NCBI GenBank assembly: GCA_951406725.2
Contig: OX597838.1
Location: 26,784,001 to 26,848,000, forward strand
Direction: 5' to 3'
Length of the DNA stretch: 64,000 nt
Origin: Octopus vulgaris
Taxonomy: Eukaryota
Shown: positions 38,425 through 52,042 of the stretch, in pieces
How the letters are laid out: each line of letters begins with the position of its first letter
Numbering within the stretch: the stretch's first letter is position 1
Notes under the pieces: generated by a model
What the model was told of the DNA's origin: nothing
What the model saw: the letters and a program-made list of their open reading frames with translations, nothing else
Databases searched by the model: none
Made by a program: the position numbers and the translations under genes

Positions 38425-38660
38425 GTATACATATGGTGTATTTATATATATATACACATATATATTTATTCACAAATATATATATCTTGTGCACATATGT
38501 ATATATCTTGTGCACATATATATATATATCTGTGCACATATGTAAATGTACACACATATACATACATATAAACATATATATATACAATTATATAAATACA
38601 TATGTATATATGTATGTAAGTATACATTTATACATACACACACATATATGTATGTATATA
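38055..38660. repeat. TA-rich minisatellite with a recurring ATATGGTGTATT unit
   Basis: ATATGGTGTATT recurs about seven times among (TA)n runs. Confidence 0.9.
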
Positions 38661-38779
38661 TGCACACACACAACTTTAACTTAATCATAGTTTATCAAAT
38701 AATTATATCTAAAGACAACAACAAGAACCCAAAAAGAATTGAAGCAAAATCAAAAGAAATATATACCTAAAACTACAAC

Positions 38780-38970
38780 TGATGATGATAATAACAATAA
38801 TAATAATAATAATAAGAAGAAGAAGAAGAAGAAGAACAACAACAACAACAACAATGATAATAATGACAATAAAAATAATGATAATAATAATAATAATAAT
38901 AATAATGATAATAATAATAAGAACAACAACAACAACAATAATAATGATAATAATGACAATAAAAATAATG

Positions 38971-39001
<31 letters not shown>

Positions 39002-39052
39002 TAAGAACAACAACAACAATAATAATGATAATGACAAAAAAAAATAATGATG

Positions 39053-39095
<43 letters not shown>

Positions 39096-39110
39096 TGATG
39101 ATAGTAATAA
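38780..39110. repeat. (AAT/AAC/AAG/GAT)n microsatellite
   Basis: Directly visible. Confidence 0.95.
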
Positions 39111-39395
39111 TATTTGTCATTTTTCCAACACACACATAGCTTGTTATGTGTGATCTTAGATCTTCGTTTGAAATCACAACTGGCAAAAGGTTATCAGTCA
39201 ATGAAAATAGAATGAATGAGAGAGAGGGGGGGGGGCAGGAAGTGATAGGATGGGAAGGAGAGTGGAAGGGGAGGTAGTGATGCTGGAGGTTCCTTGATAA
39301 TTTGTAATGCGTGTGTATGTGTGCATATGTATTTTGGGTATATATATGTCTACACATGCGTGTGCATATATATATATATATGTGTCTATACATGC

Positions 39396-39427
<32 letters not shown>

Positions 39428-39912
39428 GAATGCGGGTGTATGTCTGTGTTCATGTGTGTGCATAATGTCTGTTGGTGAGTATGTGTGTATGCTGTACGCA
39501 TGCATGCATGCATGAGTATGTATGTGTGCAAATGTGATGCACACATGCGTGTATGTATGCTTATAAGTGTGTGTGCACAGCCGGGCCCCTAGCATTGCTA
39601 GCGTCCCAGGCAAGCTGAACTTTGGTGTGTACAAGCTGACAGTTGCGGAAATTCCTTTGTCCTTATCATGCCATCTTTGGGACTCCCTAGCACATGGCAC
39701 CCCAGGTCACTACTCGAGTTCCCAGTACCTGTCCATGTGTGTGAATGAAGTTCTGTGTGTGTGCTCGTGTGATGCACACATGTATATATGCATATGTGTG
39801 AGTGATGTTCTATGTATGCATGTATGTATGTATGCATGTATGTATGTATATATATATATATATATATGTATATGTGCTTCCGTTTGTGTATATGTATGCA
39901 TACATATGTATG

Positions 39913-40079
39913 TAGGCGTTGGAGTGGCTGAATTGTAAGTAGCTTGCTTACAAACCACATGGTTTCAGGTTCAGTCCCTCTGTGTGACACCTTGGGCAAG
40001 TGTCTTCTACTATAGCCTCGGATGGATCAAACCCTTGTGAGGAGATTTGGTAGACAGAAACTGAAAGACGCCTATCATA

Positions 40080-40142
<63 letters not shown>

Positions 40143-40350
40143 TTGTGTGTCTGTGTTTGTCCCCGCAATTTCGCTTGACAACTGATGCTGGTGTGTTTAT
40201 GTCTCCATAACTTAGCGGGTTGGCAAAAGAGACCGATAGAATAAGTACTAAGCTTACAAAGAATAAGTCCTGGGGTCGATTTGCTCAACTATAGGCGGTG
40301 CTCCAGCATGGCCACAGTCACATGAGTGAAACAGTTAAGAGAGTAAAAGA

Positions 40351-40351
<1 letters not shown>
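39913..40351 (+). mobile_element. CORE-like SINE, family B, full length
   Basis: Head, internal microsatellite and tail AAGAGAGTAAAAGAG. Confidence 0.9.
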
Positions 40352-40397
<46 letters not shown>

Positions 40398-40427
40398 TAT
40401 ATGCATACATGAGTATATGTCTGAGTG

Positions 40428-40464
<37 letters not shown>

Positions 40465-40489
40465 GTATGTGTTTGTGAATACTCATCAA

Positions 40490-40727
40490 GCCAAGTGAAA
40501 TCATAGTTGTAGCTGGTGACACATAAAAGGCACCCGTGCCACAGACACATAACAGCACCCATGCCAATGACATGTAAAAGGCACCCACTACACTCTTGGG
40601 GTGGTCGGCATTAGGAATGGCATCCGGCCTTAGAAACCATGCCAAATCAGATTGGAACTTGGTGCAGCTTCCCAGACCGTCTGACCCATGCCAGCTTGGA
40701 AAGTGGACGTTAAATGATGATGATGAT
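40490..40727 (+). mobile_element. Family E retroelement
   Basis: AAAAGGCACC modules, TTAGGAATGGCATCCGG and tail GGACGTTAAATGATGATGATG. Confidence 0.8.
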
Positions 40728-40874
40728 TGTATGTGTGTGTATTTGTATGCTTGTATGTATGTGTGTGCACATTTCTATATGTGCACGTATATTTTTGGGT
40801 ATTATGTACGCAATATCTGGATTATCATGCTACCAATATTATATCATACCATCATATATCATAAATAAGCAACA

Positions 40875-41465
40875 CCTTTACCACTACCACCACCACCAAT
40901 ACCATCATGCTCTCTACCACCACCACCATTGCCACCACTAGCACAGTATCGGTACTAACATCACCAAAACTACAAGTGACTATCGCTAACAGTACCTCTA
41001 CCACCAATGGCCCACCACAATTGCCATCATCACCACTACCGCCAACACTACAGCATCGTTTACCAAGAACAGTGGTACCACCACCACGTCCAGCACAGTA
41101 TCATTACCATCATCATCGACAATACCAAAATTTTCTTATCAACACACCAACACCACTACCATCAGTACCATTATCAACATCATCATCATTACCATCATTA
41201 TCAACATCACCAAAACCCCCCCGTATGCCACCCCCACCATGTCATTACGAACACCACCACACCATCACCATCATTAACATTACCAACATCATCACCATTA
41301 CCATCATTATCAACACTACCAACACAAAACAACATCACCAAAACCACCACCCCCAATATCATTAGGAAATCCACCACCACCAACCCACAATATCATTAAC
41401 AAATACACCACTACCACCACATCATTACCACCACCACCACCAACCCCAACATAACCACCACCATC
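40875..41465. repeat. Degenerate (CAC/CAT)n low-complexity tract
   Basis: Directly visible. Confidence 0.9.
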
Positions 41466-41811
41466 CATCCATCCCCAACAGCAGATTGATAACTCTCTCA
41501 CAGACATCTATTCAAAACTTTAACTGACTTCCTTGAAAAAGAAAGAAAAAAAGTGAGCTACAAATGTCAAATCACAAAGTAATTTTTCATAATTTTATAC
41601 ATTTATATATTCTTGAGTTGCTGTTGTTGTGATTGATGTTGCAGTTGTTGTTATTGTTTGGCCAGTACCAATTAGAGAGGGTGTCAGCCAGCATTGGTAT
41701 TTACCAGGTCACTCACCACTCCCACCCGGTCGTTAGTTGAAAAGAAAGAAGGAAGTATAGTTTGCTCTTCAGAGAACATGCTTTCCTAAGTGGTTAGTAT
41801 AGTTGTGTGTG

Positions 41812-41875
<64 letters not shown>

Positions 41876-42019
41876 CATATATACATGTATGTGTGTATAT
41901 ATATGCACACGTGTGTATATATATGCATACGTGTGTGTGTGTGTGTGCTGTATGTATACATGAATGTGAATGTACGTGTGTTTGTTGTGTGTATATATAT
42001 ATATATGTATGTATGTATG

Positions 42020-42053
<34 letters not shown>

Positions 42054-44483
42054 TACATGTATGTGCGTGTATATATACACTCACGTGTGTGTGCATGTGT
42101 TAATAGTGAGATGCCCAATACACATAAACAGCGAAAAGAGCTTTCTGCATTCAAAATGGATAACTGGATACTTGGATACATCTGGTGGGGGGACAAACAC
42201 ACACAAATATATATAATGATGGGCTTCTTTCATCTTCCATCTACCAAATCCACTCACATGGTCTTGGTTAGCCTGAGGCTAATGTCCACTTTTCCATGCT
42301 TGCATGGGTTAGATGAAATTTGAGGCAGACTTTCTACAGATGGATGCCTTTACTGTCACCAACCCTCACCTGTTGCCAAGCAAGGTAATATTTCCCCATA
42401 GCCAAACATGTTTTTCACGGAAGACTAAAAATGAACAACACTCTTTGAATGATGGTGATGCTCATTTAGAACCATCACATGATGTTTAGACAAGGATACA
42501 TGCATGCACACGCACACACATATGCACATGCACACACATATGGTTCAAAATTGTACAAAAAAAAAAAGGAGATAGGTGAGGGAACCAAAAAAAGGTGTAT
42601 TAGTTTGATGTTCAGGAAAAATGGAAAAGGCTTTGATCTTTCGAGCGTGTGCTCTTCTACAGGAATGAGAAGAGAAAACAGATGTAGAGAGGGGAAAAGA
42701 AAGGGAGAGAGAAAAACTGTGTCTGGATTGATGGATGCACATGTTGATTTGTATGTGTGTGTGTGGGAGGGGTGTAAATGTTGAACAATGACAAAGAGTG
42801 CTCAACACGACCTTAGTGAATAAAATTTCTTTATTTGTGTATTAAGGCTACTGTTGATTTCATGATAAGAAAATGTCGTAATATCATAATTCTTCAAGCC
42901 AATCACATGGAGGAATGGTGTTCGCCTCTATTTTGGATGGAAACACAAAAGTTCTCATATACACACACATATACATGCATATTATATAATCTTTGGTGTT
43001 AGGAAGGGCATCCAGTTGTAGAAACCATGCCAAAGCTGACAAGAGAACTTGGCACAGACTTTTGACTTGCTAGTTTCCTTGGTACAGTCTTTGACTTGCC
43101 ATCTAACCCATGCCAGCATGGAAAACAGATATTAAACAATGAAGATATATATTTTGGATGCCACAAATTTCATCAAACTTCTTGTAACCTCTACCCACTT
43201 CTTGCCGGCCCCCACCCTGCACTACATCCTGATTTCTTGGGAATGTAGGTACGGGCTGCGTGGGTTAAGATGTTTCACTCACATCGTAGGTTCGATTCCA
43301 GTGTACTTTTAACCTTGGGGCAAATGTCTTCTACCGTAAACTCAATTCGATCTAAGCTTTGTGAAAAGAAAAGAGGAACCATATGGAAAGCCCAGAAGCC
43401 TGCAGCGGATTCCCCTCTAGTTGCAAGCATTAGGGGGTGGGGAGAGGGGGAGGGGGCCAGGACTCCAGTCTGAATAACTTTAATCACCTTCATGCATCAC
43501 TTCTTACAGTAACCCACGTTCCAGTGTGGAATTGGAGTTGGGGTTGGGGGGGGGGGGGGCGGTCTTCCTCCCTTTCCCTGCTGACATGGGTTGGGGTGGA
43601 GAGGAGGTAGTGACAGCGGTGGTTGTGGTCATAGTGATGTAGTGGTTGTGATATTGCTGGGGGTGGAGGGTTATGATGGTGGTTGTGATGGTGATGATGC
43701 TTGTGTTGTTGTTGTTGGTGGTGGTGGTGGAGGTTATGGTGGTAGTAGTGGTCGTTGTAGTGGTGATAGTAGTGGTTATGTTGATGCTGATTGTGGTGGT
43801 GGTGGTAACAGTGGTGATGGTGGTTGTTGTGATAGTATGATAGTGGTGGTGGTGTTGGGCATGGTAAGGGTGATAGCTGTGATGACAGTAGTAGTAGTAG
43901 TGGTGGTGGGGGGGAGGTTAGGATAACAGTTGTAGGAGTAAAGTAATGATGATAAAAGAACAGGTGCACAGGAGGGGGAGGATGGAGAGCATGATGGTGA
44001 TAGTGGTGGTGTTGATGAAGTGGGGGGGGTGAAACAGGTCTGGTGGGGGAAGTACTGGTGGTGGGTGGGAAGCCGCTGTCGAAGGGGAAGGTGTTAGTTT
44101 GTTACAGATTATAAATATCTGTTAATGAAAGATAAATAATCTATACTACACATGTATGTCACCCCAGTAAGTAATGTAATGGTAATGTAGAGGGTGATGA
44201 TACACCGACCCACCCTGGCCCTTCCCATTGGGGGGAGGGGGGGGGTCTATGTGTTTGGGAGATGGTGGGATGAGGTGAAAAGGAGAAGGAAAGGTAGAAG
44301 GGAGTGGCTTCAATAACTGTCAGTTGGAAAAAATAACAGAAAAACTAATTCATTTTCTTCCTATCTCTTAAGACCATTCCAGATTACCTCCAAGACTTAC
44401 CAAGTCCAAACCTAATTTCATTTGTTCCACCACTTTTCCCAAATCTGTCTTGCTCCCTCTCACAGCCTTTCTCTCTCTCTCTC

Positions 44484-44537
<54 letters not shown>

Positions 44538-44551
44538 CACACACACACACA

Positions 44552-44730
44552 TATAAGAAGGGTGATCACTAAGTGGAGATCCAATATGCTAAAAATAGAT
44601 TACCTACGATCTAACCACAAAGGAAAAGAATGTTCTTTTTCTAGAGAACATTCTTTTCCTTTATGGTTAGATCGTAGGTGATCTATTTCTAGCATATTGC
44701 ATGTCCACTTAGTGGTCATCCCTTCTTATA
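44552..44730. repeat. Long imperfect palindrome (~85-bp arms)
   Basis: TATAAGAAGGG..AAAGGAAAAGAATGTTCT mirrored by AGAACATTCTTTTCCTTT..CCCTTCTTATA with almost no spacer. Confidence 0.95.
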
Positions 44731-45276
44731 CACATGTAATACAATTTTTCTGAATTTTCAGATTTTTCTATATGCTAGGCCACTGGTTTTAAATTGATGT
44801 TAATTAAATTAATATTCAATTTATCACCCTCATTATTTGAAATATATATATATATATATATTATAATTATATACATAATTATAACAAGCGGTCAGCTTTA
44901 TGCCTCACCACGCACCATAAGAAATAGATGCTAAAGCTTATTGTATACAGTGTTCAGGTAGACCAGAACTTATTGGAAAAGAATAAAAGAAGGGACAGAA
45001 AATAGCAATGAGTTGAATAAAGAAATACTGCAAAAATAGCCAAAAGTAATATGCATGGTTCACAGAATGTAATACAAAAAAGACAGATAAATGAATATTA
45101 AAAGAACAAAAAGAAGAAAAGGGTGCATAGGCATGTGAAGAGTCACATGGGATCACATGACCGACCAGACTGTCAGATGCTGTTACACATCACTGATCAC
45201 AATGTGCTTTGCGTTGTTTTAGCCATCATACGACGCCACCCTGCTGGTTAGGAGAGCAAGCCAGCACTCACACTTG

Positions 45277-45661
45277 GATGGAAGCACTCCGTCGGTTACG
45301 ACGATGAGGGTTCCGGTTGATCCGAATCAACGGACAAGCCTGCTCGTGAAATTAACGTGTAAGTGGCTGAGCACTCCACAGACACGTGTACCCTTAACGT
45401 AGTTCTCGGGGATATTCAGCGTGACACAGAGAGTGACAAGGCCGGCCCTTTGAAATACAGGTACAACAGAAACAGGAAGTAAGAGTGAGAGAAAGTTGTG
45501 GTGAAAGAGTACAGCAGGGATCACCACCATCCCCTGCCAGAGCCTCGTGGAGCTCTAGGTGTTTTCGCTCAATAAACACTCACAACGCCGGTCTGGGAAT
45601 CGAAACCGCGATCCTATGACCGCGAGTCCGCTGCCCTAACCACTGGGCCATTGCGCCTCCA
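45277..45661 (-). mobile_element. tRNA-Arg-like SINE (family C), full length
   Basis: Head TGGAGGCGCAATGGCCCAGTGGTTAGGGCAGCGGACTCGCGGTC..GGTTTCGATTCCC. 12-bp TSD CACTCACACTTG at 45265-45276 and 45662-45673. Confidence 0.92.
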
Positions 45662-46169
45662 CACTCACACTTGATAAAAAGGCAACTGGAATAATGTAAA
45701 ATGAAGTGTTTTGCTCAAGAACACAACACGCCGCCCAGTCTGGGAAGTGAACCCACGAACTAGTGATCACTAGTGCAACAGCCTAACCACTAGGCCACAC
45801 ATATGTCAGGAGTAGCATTGGCAAATTGCAAGAAACATAAGTTTTCAAGGATGCATAGTCCTGACAACTAACAACTGATGCAGATGGTTTATTCCATGCA
45901 TCGGCAATTCTCATCATGAAAAATGTTTTTGAAAGTCATGGATGTTGTGCTGTGTGTTTTTGTTTTCTTATGCTTCTGAAGCATATCCATGGGGGCTAGA
46001 GACAGAGAATTTAAAAGCAAAGGTGACCGAAGTTGTTGATGGGGAAAATGGTAGATAATCTTATGGGCTTCTACAAAGGCAGCTGCTGGATGTCAAAGCT
46101 TTGGTGTGTTGATACTCAGAGCAGTGAGACATTCAGGATATAGCTGGTGACTGATGGAAGATCTTTACT

Positions 46170-46742
46170 GCAAGCTGGCGGAATCGTTAGTATGCTGGGC
46201 GAAATGCTTAGCTGATATTTCGTCTGCCGCTACATTCTGTGTTCAAATTCTGCCAAGGTCGACTTTGCATTTCATCCTTTTGGGGTCGATTAAATAAGTA
46301 CCAGTTACGCACTGGGGTCGATGTATTCGACTTAATCCATTTGTCTGTCCTCGTTTAGCTCCTTGTGGGTAGTAAAAAAAATAGGTATTTCGTCTGCCGC
46401 TATGTTCTGAGTTCAAATTCTGCCGAGGTCGACTTTGCCTTTCATCCTTCCGGGGGCGATTAAATAAGTGCCAGTTATGCACTGGGGTCGATATAATCGA
46501 CTTAATCCATTTGTCTGTCCTTGTTTGTCCTCTCTGTGTTTAGCCCCTTGTGGGTAGTAAAGAAATAGGTATTTCGTCTGCCGCTACGTTCTGAGTTCAA
46601 ATTCTGCTAAGGTTGGCTTTGCTTTCAGGGTCGATTAAATAAGTACCGATTACACACTGGGGTCAGTGTAATCGACTTAAGCCCTTTGCCTGTCCTTGTT
46701 TGTCCCTCTATGTTTAGCTCTTTGTGGGCAATAAAGAAATAT
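46170..46742 (+). mobile_element. SINE family A trimer
   Basis: One head plus three ~185-bp units joined at AAATAGGTATTTCGTCTGCC. Confidence 0.9.
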
Positions 46743-46748
46743 ACACAT

Positions 46749-46783
<35 letters not shown>

Positions 46784-47184
46784 TATATACATACATACGT
46801 GTGTATGTGTTATATGATAATGAGGTAAACTGGTAATCCTTTTAAAGTGTGGTGGGTGAGTGGGGTTGAACAAGGATTTTATAAGGTGTTAATGAGGAAG
46901 AAGGTAATCAATATTAATGAGCCTATCTCCTAAGTAGTATGTTAAAAGATGTCAGTGAGAAGGGGGATGACATGAGATCATTACACTTGTGTACCCCCTA
47001 CTTTGCATTTCCCTTACCTCTTTCTCTCCCCCCCCCCCGCCACCATTATCATTATCTTCCCTCATCCCCCCAACAGGATGTAGGTAACAGGTAGAAAGTA
47101 GACTATTACTTACTTTTCTTCTCTCTGCTACAGGTAGCTAATTAATTAATTATCAATGGTTATGATAAGATTACAGCAAACCAG

Positions 47185-47240
47185 TTGAAGTACTTACCTG
47201 GAAAATAAAAGTAAAACACAAAATTAATTAATGAAATACA
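47185..47240 (-). other. Candidate recursive splice site (ratchet point / zero-length exon)
   Basis: Minus strand TTCATTAATTAATTTTGTGTTTTACTTTTATTTTCCAG|GTAAGTA: AG-free U-rich tract, CAG, then a perfect donor; junction 47198/47197. Confidence 0.5.
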
Positions 47241-47306
47241 AAAATAAAATTTAAAAACATCAGCATATTGACAGATTTAGAGTTATGTATTAAAACAGAT
47301 TTGGAG

Positions 47307-47345
<39 letters not shown>

Positions 47346-47485
47346 CATACATACATAAAGGATGCAGCAAGAAAAATATCCCTCACATCTATTGGTCGAC
47401 AAATATTTAAATAGCATTACCAGTATCACAAGCTTATCTGTGGGTGTCAGTAAATGCTACAAAACAACGGTATTTTGTCCAGGGG

Positions 47486-47714
47486 CAGAGAGCTGGCAGA
47501 AACGGTAGCACACCGGGCGAAATGCGTAGCGGTATTTCGTCTGTCGTTACGTTGTGAGTTCAAATTCTGCCAAGGTCGACTTTGCCTTTCATCCTTTCGG
47601 GGTCGATAAATTAAGTACCAGTTACGCACTGGAGTCGATATAATCGACTTAATACCTATGTCTGTCCTTGTTTGTCCCCTCTATGTTTAGCCCCTTGTGG
47701 GTAATAAAGAAATA
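47486..47714 (+). mobile_element. SINE family A monomer
   Basis: 17-bp TSD GGTATTTTGTCCAGGGG at 47469-47485 and 47715-47731. Confidence 0.92.
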
Positions 47715-48944
47715 GGTATTTTGTCCAGGGGACACCTCTTTAAAAGTCTATCCTGTTTAAAACACAGCATACCTCAAATCTGGGAGAAAAATATAAAATC
47801 AATCCAGGAATAAAAGAGAGATACAGGTGTCAATATTTCATGATCATTTCCACTCTTTAATGAGACACACACACACACACACACACACCTCTACCTCTGA
47901 AATAACTTGCCCCAGTTAGCTAGAAGATACGAATAAAAATAGCATAAAATCTATTTGCTGATGTGCAAAAGGGCCAATTGGTGCTTATCCAAGAGAAAGA
48001 CTGCCACTTTTGGCCGATACATCTTGGCACCAGTGTCTTCACACACGTTGTTGTTAGAAGACGTAGAACCAGAACAGATACAAGTTGTCTTGCCTTTAAC
48101 CATTCTAACACTTCCAATCAGCCATCGTGGACTGGCAATTTATTTTAATTGGTCCTGAAAGGATAAAAGGTATAAGTTGACCTTAGTGAGATTTGAACTC
48201 AGAATGCAGATAATTGCAATAAATACTTTGAGGCGTTCTATCCAATGCCCATGTGATTCTGCTGCAATTCTCCTCTGATAAAATTGCAGTAGATTTGAAA
48301 CCCCTTTGCCTATGATGAAGCAGTCCAATGTTTTACCAGTTTGGCCACTTCATGCTTTTCCTCTATGAACAGCTGTAAGTTTTGTATGATTCAAGGCCAC
48401 ATTGAAGGAAGAGGAGCCAGATCTATAGTGTGAACAACCTCTGTATGAAGGACAGTGGAACATAATAATTGAGAGACAGACAGACTGAGACAAAGTGGGG
48501 AGCATGTTAAGCAATTATGAAGAGGCTCACCTCATTGAAGTTGAACTCAACTGAGAACTAAAGAGCTGATTAAAGTAAACTGGGACCTTGCAGAGTTTGT
48601 GTGAAGATATTCAGGAAACCCCCACACACACACAAAGGTTCCTGTTGTAAGGCCTGAACCCATCACTACATTACCCAATTGTAGTAATAGTCTACCATGG
48701 TAACATCACGGCCACTGTACCTCTTTAAGTGTTTACATGTACTTTCACCAGTTCAGTTCTATAACATCAGTCACTTTAAGTGTTGACACGACATTGAAAG
48801 ATGACCCGAAAGAGGAAGACCTCTAGGTGATCACTCGGCTTGCTAGAAATAGGAGCCAAATCTCCTGGAAATTATACCCTGACATCTCAAATAAAGCTAG
48901 ATACATTAGATAATGTTAGGGTCTTAAACTGTTTGGAAGACAAA

Positions 48945-49345
48945 TCTCTCTCTCTCTCTCTATATATATATAAAGCTGAAGTTGTTTGTTTATGGCAGGT
49001 TTGGTAGCCTTCAACTAACACTATCTCCTCCGAGACCCTGCGGCGCAAGTTGACCAAAATTGAGAGTATGATAGAAGAAGGCTTGCTCTTCCTTCCGTAG
49101 AAGAAAAAGTTCAAATCGGACCATGTTAAGACCAAAATTTATTTACATCAAAAAGGTACTTTTTTTTCTATGAAAATGCCTATTTTTCACGATTTTTTGA
49201 CTGCTGTGTTGCCATTTTTCGGTGTATTTTCATTCAACCAGAAAAATGTTCACTTAAAGCTACATAATGCAAAATTTTTACTTTTCATAAATTCCAATTC
49301 TAAAGGGTCGAAACAAACCCGAGCAAAGCCGGGCGATACTGCTAG
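48945..49345 (+). mobile_element. Non-autonomous Helitron, apparently complete
   Basis: Starts A|TC..TATATATAAAG. Ends with hairpin CCCGAGCAAAGCCGGG (49318-49333) and CTAG|T (49342-49346). No TSD. Confidence 0.85.
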
Positions 49346-49656
49346 TAAGATTATAAGATTGGAATGGTTCGCTAAAAGTTAGCTTCAATAGACCTGGGTT
49401 AAATGACAACATGCATTTATAAGTATAAAAAAATAAACTGTAAGTGTTTATATTCACTTAAGTGTTGAATGTATGCATACTTTCTTGGTAGCGACAGTGA
49501 GAGGGGAGGACATTTGTTTGATGCAGACCATTAATACAGCAATAGATATATTTTCACACGCACACACATATTTTGTGGCATGGCAGAAGACACACCAATT
49601 AGTTGAGGTAACTGATTCTATTTAATTGCAACATCTTATAAAATGCACAGGCATTT

Positions 49657-50055
49657 AGGCGTAGGAGTGGCTGTGTGGTAAGTAGCTTGCTTACCAACCA
49701 CATGGTTCCGGGTTCAGTCCCACTGCGTGGCACCTTGGGCAAGTGTCTTCTACTATAGCCTCGGGCCGACCAAAGCCTTGTGAGTGGATTTGGTAGAAGG
49801 AAACTGAAAGAAGCTCATCGTATATATGTGTATGTGTTTGTGTGTCTGTGTTTGTCCCCCCAACATCGCTTGACAACCGATGCTGGTGTGTTTACGTCCC
49901 CCGTAACTTAGTGGTTCGGCAAAAGAGACCGATAGAATAAGTACTAGGCTTACAAAGAATAAGTCCTGGGGTCGATTTGCTCGACTAAAAGGTGGTGCTC
50001 CAGCATGGCCACAGTCAAATGACTGAAACAAGTGAAAGAGTGAAAGTGAAAGAGT
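49657..50055 (+). mobile_element. CORE-like SINE, family B, full length
   Basis: Close to the sequence shared by the other copies, with a short internal microsatellite. Confidence 0.92.
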
Positions 50056-50289
50056 AGGCATGGCCAAGTGGTAAGAAGTTTGCTTCACTATTACATGGCT
50101 CTGGGTTCAGTCTCACTGCGTGGCACCTTGGGCAATTAATTGTCTTCTACTATATATATCCTTGGGCCAGCCAAAGCCTTGTGTGGATTTGTTAGATGGA
50201 AACCGAAAGAAGTGCATATCAGTCGTGTCTGCGCCCACCCCCACACACACACACAGCCACTCCTACAACAACAACAACAATAATAATCC

Positions 50290-50480
50290 TTTCTTATTAT
50301 AAGCATAAGGCTTGAAATATGTGGGGAGGGGACTAGTCGACCACATTGACCCCAATGTTTCACCGGTACTTAATTAATCAGCCCCAAAAGGACGAAAGGC
50401 AAAGTTGACTTCAGCGGAATTTGAACTCAGAACGTAGCGACGGGCGAAATAACATTTAAGCATTTCGTCCAGCGTGCTGA
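50290..50480 (-). mobile_element. SINE family A variant
   Basis: GAATTTGAACTCAGAACG and the reverse-complement core. Confidence 0.8.
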
Positions 50481-50489
50481 TCGGCCAAT

Positions 50490-50514
50490 AGCAGCAGTAG
50501 TATTTGTTGTTGTT

Positions 50515-50575
<61 letters not shown>

Positions 50576-50670
50576 TGGTGGTAGTAGTAGTAGTAGTAGC
50601 AGCAGCAGCGGTAGTATTTGTAGTAGTAGTAGCAGTGGTAGTAGTAATAGTAGTAGTAGTAGTAGTATTT

Positions 50671-50708
<38 letters not shown>

Positions 50709-50709
50709 G

Positions 50710-50742
<33 letters not shown>

Positions 50743-50792
50743 TTTGTAGTAGTAGTAGTAGTAGTATTTGTTGTAGTAGTAGTACTAGTAGT
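50490..50792. repeat. (TAG)n microsatellite
   Basis: Directly visible. Confidence 0.97.
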
Positions 50793-51239
50793 TAGTTTCT
50801 TATATTTGCCATCAGGGCAACACAGACGAGGGCGACAATACAACAAACAGCAGACGAAGGGCAGGCAGAGGGAGAGAGTCTTATAGAGAAAATGGAATGA
50901 CAATATTATACTAATACTACTACTACTAAAAAAAAAAGTGAAAGCAACTTTTGTTTAGTTTGTCCGTCTCCCTTCCTTTTTACACTTGAAACTAAACTAA
51001 CTTCTGCTACAAGCTAACTGATGTCGCTTTTATTGCGAAAAGTCAAGTCGCCCCACCTTTCCTCCCTCAATCTCTCTGGTGACTATTTCCGCTGCTAACC
51101 TGCTTTTTTTCCCTACTATTTATCATTTTTTATTGTTATTAGTCTGCACTTTTTTTTTTAGTCCAGCAGTGAAAAACTAGTAGTAGTAGTAGCAGCAGCA
51201 GTCGGGGTGTGTATGTTGTACAGGCGCTTTTTATCCTTT

Positions 51240-51984
51240 TAGAATTTCACTTGCTTCAATCTGACTGCGGCCATGCTGGGGCACTGCCTTGAAGAATTTT
51301 TAGTCAAATTAATCGACCTCAGTACCTTTTTTTTTTAAAGCCTAGTACTAACCGCTATGGGGATGTAAACAAACCAGCACCGGTTATCAAGCGGTAGTGT
51401 AGGGACAAAGACACTCAATATCTGGATGTTTTGCGTCCTCATCCCATTTTGTATTTTTTATAGACAGATAGATGGATAGATGGACTTTTTTCCCCGTTTC
51501 CATCTCCAAAATACACTCACAAAGCCTAAAGTCTATAGAGAAGAAGACACTTGCCCAAGGCGCCACGCAGTGGGACTGAACCCGGAACCATGTGGTTGGG
51601 AAGCAAGCTTCTTGCCACACAGCTGCTTTTTATTTATTCTTAATTGGCAGAAAATTTCAAACACAACTCAAGTGCCAAGTGTTTTTTGTGCACGATACGT
51701 CTTTAACTGGTTTCAAGTCTAAAAGATCTTGTTCTCTCTTATATGGAATAAATTAGAACTCTCTTGGCAATGGTCGGTTAAAAATATTGGCAGGTCACAA
51801 AGAATTTGGGAACTTTCAAATAGGTGCAGGTGTGGCTGTGTGGTAAGAAGCCTGTTTCTCAACCTCGTGGTGACAGGTTCAGTCCCACTATATAACACTT
51901 TGGCCAGGTATTTTCTACTATAAGTCTCAGGAAGACCAAAGCCTGGTGAGAGAATTTGGCAGACAGAAACTATAAGAAGCTTGT

Positions 51985-52042
<58 letters not shown>

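Noticed and set aside
40907-41399. Pro/Thr/His-rich protein ORFs (also 43490-43969 and 12094-12393)
   Set aside because: Degenerate trinucleotide or purine-rich low-complexity tracts without splice or domain support.
45590-45661. Functional tRNA-Arg gene (and other tRNA-like heads)
   Set aside because: The tRNA-like region runs straight into a SINE body bounded by TSDs.
47113-47139. Plus-strand acceptor|donor CTACAG|GTAGCT (also 33470-33490)
   Set aside because: The donor matches are poor. They also show that weak AG|GT motifs arise by chance, which tempers the weaker minus-strand candidates.
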